A stretch of DNA of 64,000 nucleotides from Candidatus Latescibacterota bacterium (GTDB lineage Bacteria; Latescibacterota; UBA2968; GCA-2709665), in NCBI GenBank assembly GCA_965219455.1, contig OZ244744.1, positions 3,456,001 to 3,520,000 on the forward strand, given 5' to 3'. Under the pieces are notes generated by a model. The model was not told where the DNA came from and did no database searches. It was given only the letters and a program-made list of their open reading frames with translations. Shown here in pieces: positions 30,893-40,079 of this stretch. The translations under genes and the position numbers were made by a program. Within the stretch, counting starts at the first letter, position 1; each line of letters opens with the position of its first letter.

Positions 30893-31312
30893 ATGGATAT
30901 ATTGGAAGAACTACAGGAACGGCTCAATGAAACCGAGCGTCGGGCCACGGACGTGGTGCAGCGTCTCGAAAAGTTCGATGCGCTCCAAAATTCTCTTGCC
31001 AACGCAGGCAGAGGGCTCGGTGAAGCCAATGTCATCGTTTCGGATCTCGCCTCTGTGGCGAGAGACGCGATTGATTCGCTGAATAGTGCCCTTTCAGCGT
31101 TCCAGAATGCCGTTGAACTCTTGCAACGCACCGAACCGTTGCAGGTCGACGAAAGGCTCACGGCGATTGAGGAAGCGCTCGCTCGAATCAATGAAAAGCT
31201 CGGCGTCGTAGACGAGCTTTCGTCGGATATCCGCAACACTCGAAAAGCCGTGGAACGACTTTCGCGGAGGTCAATTTTCCACAAGATCTTCGGAAGGAAC
31301 GCGGAGACCTGA
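30893..31312 (+). CDS. Small coiled-coil protein
   Basis: ATG 1 nt after the helicase stop; heptad-like L/E/R-rich sequence ending SIFHKIFGR. Confidence 0.7.
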   Translation: MDILEELQERLNETERRATDVVQRLEKFDALQNSLANAGRGLGEANVIVSDLASVARDAIDSLNSALSAFQNAVELLQRTEPLQVDERLTAIEEALARINEKLGVVDELSSDIRNTRKAVERLSRRSIFHKIFGRNAET

Positions 31313-31693
31313 TCGAGAACCGAAAACGGAAACCCGCGACCGGATCTTTATGTAGCGTCTCCTGAGAGCCCCATCACCCCAGCACGGACGGCACCAAGGC
31401 ATCGTGATTAAGATTCTTCCGCACAGAACGTCTGTGAAGCTAACGCATCATTGTGGAAGACATCCCAGCTGAATCTGTCGGACCACGAGTCGATCTCAGC
31501 AAGCATCGGACGCTGTCTGCAGCCTTCCGGCCGCACATGCGGCCGTTGGGGACATCGCCCGAACGGTGCTTGTACTAAATCCCTTGACAGAGAATCAAAA
31601 TGAGGCATTAATGTTTGAATTCTATAGTAAGACCCCAGACGTTATTGCTTCAAGTTTCTTAGTGGCATTTGCGGTATAGACCGAAAAACCTAA

Positions 31694-33390
31694 CCCGATT
31701 AATTCATGAATCGTCAAGGAGTGTATTTCAATGAAGCAGAAAGAGCTTGCGAGTAAGACGAGAAACGAAAGCGCACGGGCTGTGACGGATATGGCGTGTT
31801 CAAGCCGTGTGGGCGGCGCCTGCTGGCAGCACGTTTGCTCCGTGGCGTGAGTTTTCCCTGAATTCCGCTGTCAAGAGCACAGACGTCTCCATGGCTGTTG
31901 GTCGTGTCGGTCCAAACGTGAAGTCGGGGTCAGCACGTCAATGGGTTATGGAACATCCGTTGCCAGATTATAGAGGATCTTGCCGTAAAGGTGTTTGAGT
32001 GGAAACGCCGTTGGCAGATGGAACGTGATTTTGGTTTTCAGTTCACAAACGCGCCCGGCGACTTTCAAGATGCGGTTTTGCAGCGTATTAAACTGGGCGT
32101 TCGTCCACGTAGTGCCGCGCAACCCGATATGGGCCAGGGCGTGCACCAACACATAGGCGGCGCTGTGGAGAAAGAGCCGGAAGTGATTGGCCTGGAAGGT
32201 GTGGCAAGAGGTGCGATCGGAATGCAGAAAGGTCTTGTGATTCTTGATGAAGTTTTCCATCCTGCCGCGTGAGCAATAAGCGGTTTTGTAGATGAATGAC
32301 GGTTGTGCGCCGTTCAGGTTGGTGACCACGAATCGGATATTGTGACCTTGCGGGGTGACTTCTGCCTTGCAGATGATGCGGCGTGGGGAAGACCAGCTGC
32401 CGGCCTGATAGTCCCACGAGCGATACAGGCGCACAGGTTTTCCCCCATCGGCATACAGCGCTTTGGCTTGGTCCATCAAGGGCTGTGCCAGCGGCAGCAG
32501 CAGAGCGTTTCCGCCTTGTCCGAGGATAAAAAACACATCGTTTTCGTCACACATCGTGTGCACTTCCGGACACGAAAAATGTGAATCGCCACGCAACAGG
32601 ATCTTGACATCGGGCCATGCGTGACGCAGGTAGGCGATCACCCGTTTGAGAATCGACACGATCTCTTTGCCCGTGGGTCGGCGGCCCGGACGCAAGACCG
32701 TCGTGATCAACTTGCCGGTTTGCCCTTCATAGATATGCAGGGGTTGGTAGCAATAGCCCTTGAAATACGCATTGAATAACGACAACTGCTGGGATCCATA
32801 CACCTTGTCTTCCGTGTCATCGATATCCAACAGGATGGCTTCGGGGGGGTGCTTATACGAGGCGATAAACGCATCGGCAAAGGCCTTCGCGATCCGATAT
32901 AAATCACCTCTGGTGATCCGGTTCTCGAACCGACTCATCGTGGGTTGACTGGCCAGGTTGGCACCGGTGACCGGCAACCGATCGCAGGCCGCCTTGAAGC
33001 CGGGGTCGCTACGCAACGCATTGCAGTCGTTCGCATCCTCATACCCACACGCCATCTGAAAGACACGCTGAGTCAGCAGGTCCATCGTCGGGTGATCCAC
33101 GTAACTTGGATGCCGACGATCTGTTATCGCCGCAACGATCCGACACAAAATGCCGATTTTGGACTCCACCTCTCGAAGCAGCATCGCCCCGGTGTCGCTG
33201 GTCAGGATGCCCCCGTCGAAGGTGGCTTCTACCCGTTTGCCAGAAACACTTGCGAAAGACATCCTATGTTGTTTATCTTGACCTGCCACGGTAGTTTCCT
33301 CCCGGTTCATTGTTATTAGGTTATTCGCGTAACCATAATATAATACAATGACTTGGGTAAGGAAACTACCTTTTTTGTGAATTATTCAGA
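31694..33390 (-). mobile_element. IS1380-family insertion sequence, 1697 bp
   Basis: Imperfect terminal IRs (CCCGATTAATTCATGAA vs reverse-complement TCTGAATAATTCACAAA, 12/17). Flanked by CTAA at 31690-31693 and 33391-33394; contains the transposase. Confidence 0.85.
31946..33310 (-). CDS. IS1380-family DDE transposase
   Basis: FDGG.LTSD.G, GYED.ND...LRSDP, LASQPTMSRFEN, LDIDDT, RGDSHF, Y.SRGRMENFIK and ANHFRL. Confidence 0.95.
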   Translation of the reverse strand: MNREETTVAGQDKQHRMSFASVSGKRVEATFDGGILTSDTGAMLLREVESKIGILCRIVAAITDRRHPSYVDHPTMDLLTQRVFQMACGYEDANDCNALRSDPGFKAACDRLPVTGANLASQPTMSRFENRITRGDLYRIAKAFADAFIASYKHPPEAILLDIDDTEDKVYGSQQLSLFNAYFKGYCYQPLHIYEGQTGKLITTVLRPGRRPTGKEIVSILKRVIAYLRHAWPDVKILLRGDSHFSCPEVHTMCDENDVFFILGQGGNALLLPLAQPLMDQAKALYADGGKPVRLYRSWDYQAGSWSSPRRIICKAEVTPQGHNIRFVVTNLNGAQPSFIYKTAYCSRGRMENFIKNHKTFLHSDRTSCHTFQANHFRLFLHSAAYVLVHALAHIGLRGTTWTNAQFNTLQNRILKVAGRVCELKTKITFHLPTAFPLKHLYGKILYNLATDVP

Positions 33391-33403
33391 CTAAGAGACT
33401 CCA

Positions 33404-34618
33404 GTGACTGATAAACGCACATCCGATTTTTCCGCCGTCGATTCCACGCTTGGTTATCTCTATCAAGTTCGATTGGCATTGTTCTGGACGCTTAGACGGC
33501 TAAAAACGGACCCCGGGTTCTTGATTGGCATCGAGACGCTCGACGATGTTACCTTTGAAACCACGGGCGGCAAACCTACCGAGCTGCTTCAGACCAAACA
33601 CCACAAGAACGGCGTCGGCTCATTGACCGACGCCAGTCCAGATATATGGAAGACCTTGCGCATCTGGTTTGAGGGTCACCGGTCAGGACAAATTCCCGGG
33701 AGCAGTAATCTATATCTGGTCACCACCTCTTCTGCGCCGGATGGAAGCGCGGCCTGGAATCTTCGTGCTAGACCGCGAGATGTGTCTGCCGCACGGCAGA
33801 CACTCACAGCAACAGCAACAGCTTCTACGAACAATGCGAATGCCAAGGCTTACCAAGTCTTTCTTGATTCCGACCAATCCGTACAAATCGATATCTTGAG
33901 TAGAGTGACGGTGTTTGATGCGGCTCCCAACGTCATAGATTTGGATAACGAGCTTAAACAAGAAGTTTATTGGGCCGCGGGAAGGGAACACCATTTCGCA
34001 TTTCTCCAGCGACTGGAAGGTTGGTGGTTCCACCGAATTTTGCATCAACTTGCGAACGCTTCATCCGACCGTGTCGGATCAATTGAACTGGAAGCACAGA
34101 TGTCGGACCTTCGTGAGCAGTTTAAGCAAGAAGCTTTACCTATAGATGATGATCTTTTAGAATTCTCGCTTGATGAGGCAACGAGAGAAGCACATGAGGA
34201 TTACATATTTGTCCGGCAGATCGAGCTTACGAAAGCTGGAAGGCGCCGAATAGCAGCTGCCATTCGAGACTACTACCGAGCATTCGAACAACGATCTCGT
34301 TGGTTCCGTGACGATCTAGTGGTCGATATGGATTTGCACAAGTATGAGAAGCGCCTTGTAGAAGAGTGGGAGCTCGTATTCGATGCAATGTGTGATGAAC
34401 TCGGCGAGGCTGCGATCGAGACCGCAAAAGAAGGCGCGGCCCGAAATCTTCTCGCATGGGCCGAACAAACGCTATTTCCAATCCGCCCCAACGTAACCGA
34501 GCCTTTCGTCAGTCGCGGCTCCTTGCACATGCTATCCGATGACCTACGGGTCGGTTGGCACATTGATTTTCAATACCATCTCGCTCGTCTACTAGGCGCG
34601 AATATGGGGACGTCATGA
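33404..34618 (+). CDS. lmuA: Lamassu/ABC-3C effector with Cap4-like PD-(D/E)XK nuclease domain
   Basis: GYLYQ, IETLDDV, LLQTKHH, LTDASPDIWKTLRIW and C-terminal GSLHMLSD...GWH; first gene of the triad. Confidence 0.8.
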   Translation: MTDKRTSDFSAVDSTLGYLYQVRLALFWTLRRLKTDPGFLIGIETLDDVTFETTGGKPTELLQTKHHKNGVGSLTDASPDIWKTLRIWFEGHRSGQIPGSSNLYLVTTSSAPDGSAAWNLRARPRDVSAARQTLTATATASTNNANAKAYQVFLDSDQSVQIDILSRVTVFDAAPNVIDLDNELKQEVYWAAGREHHFAFLQRLEGWWFHRILHQLANASSDRVGSIELEAQMSDLREQFKQEALPIDDDLLEFSLDEATREAHEDYIFVRQIELTKAGRRRIAAAIRDYYRAFEQRSRWFRDDLVVDMDLHKYEKRLVEEWELVFDAMCDELGEAAIETAKEGAARNLLAWAEQTLFPIRPNVTEPFVSRGSLHMLSDDLRVGWHIDFQYHLARLLGANMGTS

Positions 34619-35112
34619 CCCGATGGCATGAACGCTCGCGTGAGGAACAAACGCTCCTAAACCCGGCGTTCTGTTCTCTCTTGCTCTGGTGCGCTGCACG
34701 CGGGTATGCCAGTATCAACCTGCGTGGCTTATCCTTCGAGGAAGCATTCCTGGTCTTGCCGATGGTACTTCACCGCACAACTAGGGAAGCGCTTCCACGC
34801 GATACTCGCACGTCTTTGGCTGTATGGATCAATAACAATCCCCTCGCTCAAGGAAAGATTGCGACTAGAGCGAAACTACTGGTCGAATATACTAAAGAAG
34901 GCATGTTCTTTGGCGGAACCCATGGCCTGATCAGCATTGACGAAGGTAAACTCCGCGCCAATGAAGACTTGCGGCTAACTCTCAATCGTACGTTGCAAGG
35001 AGCGAGTGATGAGGTACGCCTTTGTACTCGCAGGGCAGAATTTGTCGGCAAGTGGTTCGGGCAAACTGGTAGCGGATCAACGGTCTTCGCATTGATAGGG
35101 GTGCGTCCATAA
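34615..35112 (+). CDS. lmuC: ABC-3C middle component (Lamassu LmuC-like)
   Basis: LLNPAFC, FLVLPMVLH..TR..LP, GKWF and LIGVRP; ATGA overlap with lmuA. Confidence 0.8.
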   Translation: MTRWHERSREEQTLLNPAFCSLLLWCAARGYASINLRGLSFEEAFLVLPMVLHRTTREALPRDTRTSLAVWINNNPLAQGKIATRAKLLVEYTKEGMFFGGTHGLISIDEGKLRANEDLRLTLNRTLQGASDEVRLCTRRAEFVGKWFGQTGSGSTVFALIGVRP

Positions 35113-35114
35113 CC

Positions 35115-37055
35115 ATGCAGATTCTTGATATAGTTGTGTACAGCCACGATGGTCGACAGCGCGTACTGTCGCTCAAACCGGGTCAGGTCAACATCATTAC
35201 CGGCGCATCCAAAACAGGAAAATCTGCGCTCGTCGATATAGTCGACTACTGTTTTGGTGCTGGCGAGTGCCGAGTTCCTGAAGGACCGATTCGACGCTCT
35301 GTATCATGGTTTGGACTCAGGTTTGAACTGGACAGCGGTGAAGCATTCATCGCTCGTCGATGTCCCGGTCCTGCGGCCGCTTCGAGCGAGGATTGTTTTG
35401 TAGACGTCGGCGGCCAGGTTGTTATCCCTGAATACAGTGGTCTTCGACAAACGACGAATACGAGAGGACTCGGTGCGCTGCTCACAGGTTGGGGTGGCAT
35501 CAAAGATTATATCCATGAGCCCGCGCAAGGTCAAAGCAGACCACCCCTAACGGTGACTATTCGCCATGCCCTCGCGCTCTGTTTTCAGCCGCAAGATGAG
35601 ATTATCAGGCGTCAACAGCTATTTCACGGAGCAGCGGACAATTTCATCGCACAAGCTCTGAGGGATACACTGCCTTATCTGTTAGGTGCTGTGGACGACG
35701 AATACATTAACAAACGCGAGCAGCTTAGGCGGCTCCGCAGGCGGCTACGTCAATCTGAAAGGCAGCTTAATGAACTCTCGTCTTTAAGGGGCGAAGGCGT
35801 TACGAAAGCATTGACTCTTTTGGCTGAGGCACGTAATGTCGGCCTGTCTGCGTCATTGGCAAGCACTTGGGAGGAAGCGGTACCCGCACTTCGTGAAGTC
35901 GCAGAGACTCCCGGAACTTCCATTGATATTGAGATATCAGACGAAGCAGAGTACCATCGGCTCAGCGACGAACGAAATCGACTTCGCAGCCAGTTGCGTA
36001 GACTTCAAGATGAAATTGCCGCGGCTAAAGCCTTCGAACACGATACGTCCGGTTTTTCGCGTGAGGCATCCGAACAACGCGCCCGGCTGATGTCGATCGG
36101 GATCTTTGAGGGGACGGAACAAAGTCATGCCTGTCCGTTTTGCGCTCAGGACCTGCGTGAAGCAACAGATCTCCCAGAGATGAGTGAGCTAAGAGAAGCA
36201 CTAACGGAAATTTCATCGCGCCTTGACACAGTTTCTCGTGCATCTCCTCAGATCGAGCGGGCGATTGCTGAGCTCGAATCAAAGCTGCAAAGCGTTCAAG
36301 CGAACCTAGTGAGAAACCGTTCGGAGATGGAAGCAGTACGAACCGAAAGTGACCGAGTTCAGCAACTAAGAGATGAGGCTTCACGTCGCGCGCACACCAT
36401 GGGGCGCATTAGCCTATATCTTGAGAGTCTGCCCGAATTGCCAGACAGCCAAGCCCTTGAGCGAGAGGCTGAACGATTGCGAGAGCAATGTGAAAGCCTT
36501 GAGGACGAGTTAAGCGAGGGACGAGTTAAGGAACGTATTGATTCAATCACTTCAATTCTAAGCCAACAAATGAGTGGTTGGGCACGCACTTTGGATTTAG
36601 AACACTCTGGATCTCCGCTGCGGCTAGATCTCAAGAAACTAACGATCGTTGCGGATACAGCCGACGGACCCGTGCCGATGGATCGCATGGGGAGCGGCGA
36701 AAACTGGGTCGGCTATCATCTCATCGGCCACCTAGCCCTCCACAGATGGTTTGTAGACCGAGGTCGGCCGGTTCCGAGGTTCTTGTTCTTGGATCAGCCC
36801 TCGCAGATTTACTTCCCGCCAGAGACGGATATGGACGTTGACGAGTTAATTTCATCGGTTAGCGAGAATGATCGGGAGGCCGTATCGCGAATGTTTCGAT
36901 TCGTGTTCAAGATTGTTCAGGAAGTCGCGCCACAGTTCCAAGTTGTAATTACTGAACATGCTGACATCAACCAAGACTGGTTCCAAGAAGCCGTCACTGA
37001 ACGATGGCGGCAGGGTCTTAAGCTTGTCCCGCCAGACTGGCCTCGGAATGCCTGA
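35115..37055 (+). CDS. lmuB: SMC-like ABC ATPase with DUF3732 domain (Lamassu LmuB)
   Basis: NIITGASKTGKS, DYCFG, coiled coils with a CPFC hook, GSGENWVGYHL, FLDQPSQIYFP and QVVITEH. Confidence 0.88.
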   Translation: MQILDIVVYSHDGRQRVLSLKPGQVNIITGASKTGKSALVDIVDYCFGAGECRVPEGPIRRSVSWFGLRFELDSGEAFIARRCPGPAAASSEDCFVDVGGQVVIPEYSGLRQTTNTRGLGALLTGWGGIKDYIHEPAQGQSRPPLTVTIRHALALCFQPQDEIIRRQQLFHGAADNFIAQALRDTLPYLLGAVDDEYINKREQLRRLRRRLRQSERQLNELSSLRGEGVTKALTLLAEARNVGLSASLASTWEEAVPALREVAETPGTSIDIEISDEAEYHRLSDERNRLRSQLRRLQDEIAAAKAFEHDTSGFSREASEQRARLMSIGIFEGTEQSHACPFCAQDLREATDLPEMSELREALTEISSRLDTVSRASPQIERAIAELESKLQSVQANLVRNRSEMEAVRTESDRVQQLRDEASRRAHTMGRISLYLESLPELPDSQALEREAERLREQCESLEDELSEGRVKERIDSITSILSQQMSGWARTLDLEHSGSPLRLDLKKLTIVADTADGPVPMDRMGSGENWVGYHLIGHLALHRWFVDRGRPVPRFLFLDQPSQIYFPPETDMDVDELISSVSENDREAVSRMFRFVFKIVQEVAPQFQVVITEHADINQDWFQEAVTERWRQGLKLVPPDWPRNA

Positions 37056-37537
37056 CCTCAATTCGTCATATTTCGGCGCCACAAGCTTGGATTATCCCAG
37101 AAGTATACAGGTGATCTGATGTCACAATTCCGTGATTCTTAAGCTCACCGGATGTGAACAGATAAACAGCGTATCTGGGCGGAATTAATTCCACATTTCT
37201 CGCGGCTTGGCAGAGCTTTCGATCGCTTGGTTTGTCGAATTAAGGTTATCCATTGGGCGCCGCCTCGTTAAATAGTCAATGTAACCATGCCCTTGGACTG
37301 AATCCGAAGTAGGCTGCGCCAGACGTTTATCGAGTAGGGCCCTACGTGCCAATATATAGTGAGACAACTCCCCATCCGAGTTTAGTGTAGTCTTGAGGGC
37401 GGAGAGGAGAGCATGAGATGCGTTCAGCCGCCGCGTTACCGCAGTCGAAACCGCTCCCAGCGTTTTCAGTTCGTACGAGAACCACGAGGAGTCTAGACTC
37501 CCTATCATTCCGTTATTGATCGCAAAAAGGAGACTCC

Positions 37538-39940
37538 ATGCGACCCGAAATATTGACCAACCGCCGGCGGACGTCGGTGCCTGCCGTGGAAACCCCGCTG
37601 AGCAGGCGTTATAAACGCATCCTGGAAAACTGGGTGCCAATAGGCCTGAACTATTTCGAAGATTGGCCGGAGCGTCCCAACTGCGGGCATTTTTTCGGCG
37701 GGGCCCACTGGTACGGCAGCGACACGGCCGGACCGGCCTTCGTCTTTGCCGCGCTTGCGAATTCCCCCGAATACGACGCGCAACGGACCGGTTGCTCTAA
37801 AAAGGAGCTTCGGGAGATGGCACTCAAGGGCATCCGCTACCTCTGCTATACCCACGACACGGGTCCGGCTGACTGTATTCGACCCGAAAAGAGCCTTGGC
37901 AATCCCGCTACCTGGGGCACCAAGTGGGGCGAACGCGGCCGGGGGTTTTTCCCCGAGAGCCAATGCGGCACGAACCTTTCCGACGTCGGCCTGGTCGCCC
38001 TCTTGCTGGGCGACATTGTAGACGACGAGACGTGGACGATGATTGCACGCATGCACGAGGACTACGCCGAGCGGTTCGGAGCCATGGCGCCCAAGAGCGG
38101 CGTCTTCACCAACACGCAGATGGAAGAGAACGGCTGGACGTCGTGCGGCCTGGCTTCGGTTGAATGTTTCCTGAGCAACTCGCCCCACGTCAAATCCTGG
38201 GCCGAAACAGCCCGTCGCTGGATGTTCTCCACGGCCACAACCCAGCAGGACACGAAGAACCTTGCGCCGTTTTCAGACGGTCAGACCGTACGGGAACTCA
38301 CCGGCCAGACTTTCACCGCGCTGCCGGACTACATGGCCGAAAACCACGGCATGGTGCACCCAAGCTACACCGGCAGTTCGGTCCTGTTCCTGGGGCGGCT
38401 CGGCATCATCTACGGGACGTTCGGCGCGGATGTTCCGGAACATGGCCTATTCAACCGGCAGGAAATCTACGACCAGCTCAAACGTACCACGGACCGGACC
38501 GGCTCGATGCATCCCGTGCAGGGCATGGACTGGCCGTATCTCTCGCCCGACCCGGGCACGCTCACCCATGCGACGGCCGCCTTGTTCCTGAACGACCCGG
38601 ACGCCGCGTATTTCGAACGCCAGGCGCTTGAGACCCTGGAACAGCGCGCTGAGAGCGCCGGCGGGCGCGTGCACGATCAACAGATCGCCGAAATTGTGCA
38701 TGGACCCCAGGATCCGCTTATCATCCGGGAACACAACATCGTCAATCCCGCCCACACCTATTTCTTCCACAGGATCTTCGGCGACGGACCGGATCCTGCA
38801 CCCTCGTCGCACGTCGAACGCAGCCTGAGGGGCGTAAAGGTCTATCCCCAATCCGGTTTCGTCTTTCAGAGACATCGCACCGGTCAAACTTCACTCTCGT
38901 GGCGAAACGACATCATGGCGCTGCCGTTGAACAAGGACGGCCTCTACACGGTCGCGCCGGCGTCAAATTCGTTTCTGGCCAGCATCGATGTTCAGGACAG
39001 GCCCGACAGCCACGACCTGATCTCCGTTCGAGTGGACGAACATCAGGAAGGTTTTGCCGCCGCGCTGATCCTGAACCGCGCCCAGCGATCGGTACGCCAG
39101 GAAGTGCTCTTTGCGGGCCTGCCCTCCGGCATCTCACTTTCCTGCGAGCGGCTGACGGCCAGAGAGAATATTACCGTCAATAGTGTCGACCAGGGTTTCC
39201 TTCGCATCGTCAACGAAGACTTCGACGCCCTGAAAGGAAACTGCAACGGTTACCGTACCGTCCACACGCCGGGCGGTTCGGTTCGCTTCAAGAGTCTCGT
39301 ATCGAGGGATCCCAACAGCGACGACGTCGAGACCTACGATCATCCGGCATGGCTCAACGTCGACAATCGTCTGGGCATTGTCTACACGGGTACTGGAAAG
39401 ACTGTCTACCACAACCGGCACTATTACCAGGTCTGGCGCGCCGTGGCGGATGACCTCATCCTCAGCCGCCTCGACGAACCGGTTCAGGTAACGTCGGGCA
39501 ATACGATCTCCGAACTCACTGCGCTGGTGGCCGCCGATCGCACCCATAGCAAAACGGGCGGCATCGAGTTCGTAATCATGCAAACAGAACGACCCGCCAT
39601 CGGCCTTCTCGCGGACGATCACCTGGCCGTGGCGAACTTCGGCGAAAAAGCCGGTGCGTTTACCTTCACGGCGAATCGCTCGGACCTCTCTGAGATTCCC
39701 ATCTTCGGAGGCGTTACCTGTGTCGACGGAGACAGCGTCGCCTATCCGCGAAGCCTCGGTTCAGGCGAAGCCCGTTTGCAGGAAGCGATCCTGAACATCG
39801 CCGCGGAGGGCGCGCTGGAAATCAACGCCGCCGAGACCGGCGTGGTGTGGGCCAGAAACACGGGCACGGCGCCGGCGCAGGTGACGCACAATGGCGCCGA
39901 AACGCAGATCCCGCCAGGGGCGATCGCAATCCTGAAATAG
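37538..39940 (+). CDS. Large hypothetical protein, possibly polysaccharide lyase/heparinase-like fold
   Basis: GGAG ribosome-binding site, 800 aa. Helical N-half with NT.MEEN.W, ENHG.VHP.Y and GMDW, then a beta-rich C-half. The fold is an inference. Confidence 0.6.
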   Translation: MRPEILTNRRRTSVPAVETPLSRRYKRILENWVPIGLNYFEDWPERPNCGHFFGGAHWYGSDTAGPAFVFAALANSPEYDAQRTGCSKKELREMALKGIRYLCYTHDTGPADCIRPEKSLGNPATWGTKWGERGRGFFPESQCGTNLSDVGLVALLLGDIVDDETWTMIARMHEDYAERFGAMAPKSGVFTNTQMEENGWTSCGLASVECFLSNSPHVKSWAETARRWMFSTATTQQDTKNLAPFSDGQTVRELTGQTFTALPDYMAENHGMVHPSYTGSSVLFLGRLGIIYGTFGADVPEHGLFNRQEIYDQLKRTTDRTGSMHPVQGMDWPYLSPDPGTLTHATAALFLNDPDAAYFERQALETLEQRAESAGGRVHDQQIAEIVHGPQDPLIIREHNIVNPAHTYFFHRIFGDGPDPAPSSHVERSLRGVKVYPQSGFVFQRHRTGQTSLSWRNDIMALPLNKDGLYTVAPASNSFLASIDVQDRPDSHDLISVRVDEHQEGFAAALILNRAQRSVRQEVLFAGLPSGISLSCERLTARENITVNSVDQGFLRIVNEDFDALKGNCNGYRTVHTPGGSVRFKSLVSRDPNSDDVETYDHPAWLNVDNRLGIVYTGTGKTVYHNRHYYQVWRAVADDLILSRLDEPVQVTSGNTISELTALVAADRTHSKTGGIEFVIMQTERPAIGLLADDHLAVANFGEKAGAFTFTANRSDLSEIPIFGGVTCVDGDSVAYPRSLGSGEARLQEAILNIAAEGALEINAAETGVVWARNTGTAPAQVTHNGAETQIPPGAIAILK

Positions 39941-39981
39941 CCCTGCCAAACGACGACGAGGGGTTCGTCGTAACAGCAGAA

Positions 39982-40016
39982 AGAGGGTCGAAGCAGATGC
40001 TTCGGCCCTCTCTTAT
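39982..40016. terminator. Hairpin terminator between convergent genes
   Basis: AGAGGGTCGAAGC-AGAT-GCTTCGGCCCTCT: 13-bp stem with one G-U pair. Confidence 0.6.
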
Positions 40017-40079
40017 ATGCGTGGTCCATGCCCTCGGGCGGCCAAATTTCGGCAAGCTATTTCCGGGACGGGACACCCG

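Noticed and set aside
31857-31868. CCTGAATTCCGC as the IS1380 end
   Set aside because: The end at 31694 matches the other terminus over a longer stretch and gives a CTAA duplication; this site does not.
37185-37500. Minus-strand ORF with YIDYLTRRRP, faintly like an integrase-core C-terminus
   Set aside because: The similarity is too short and no DDE motif is visible.
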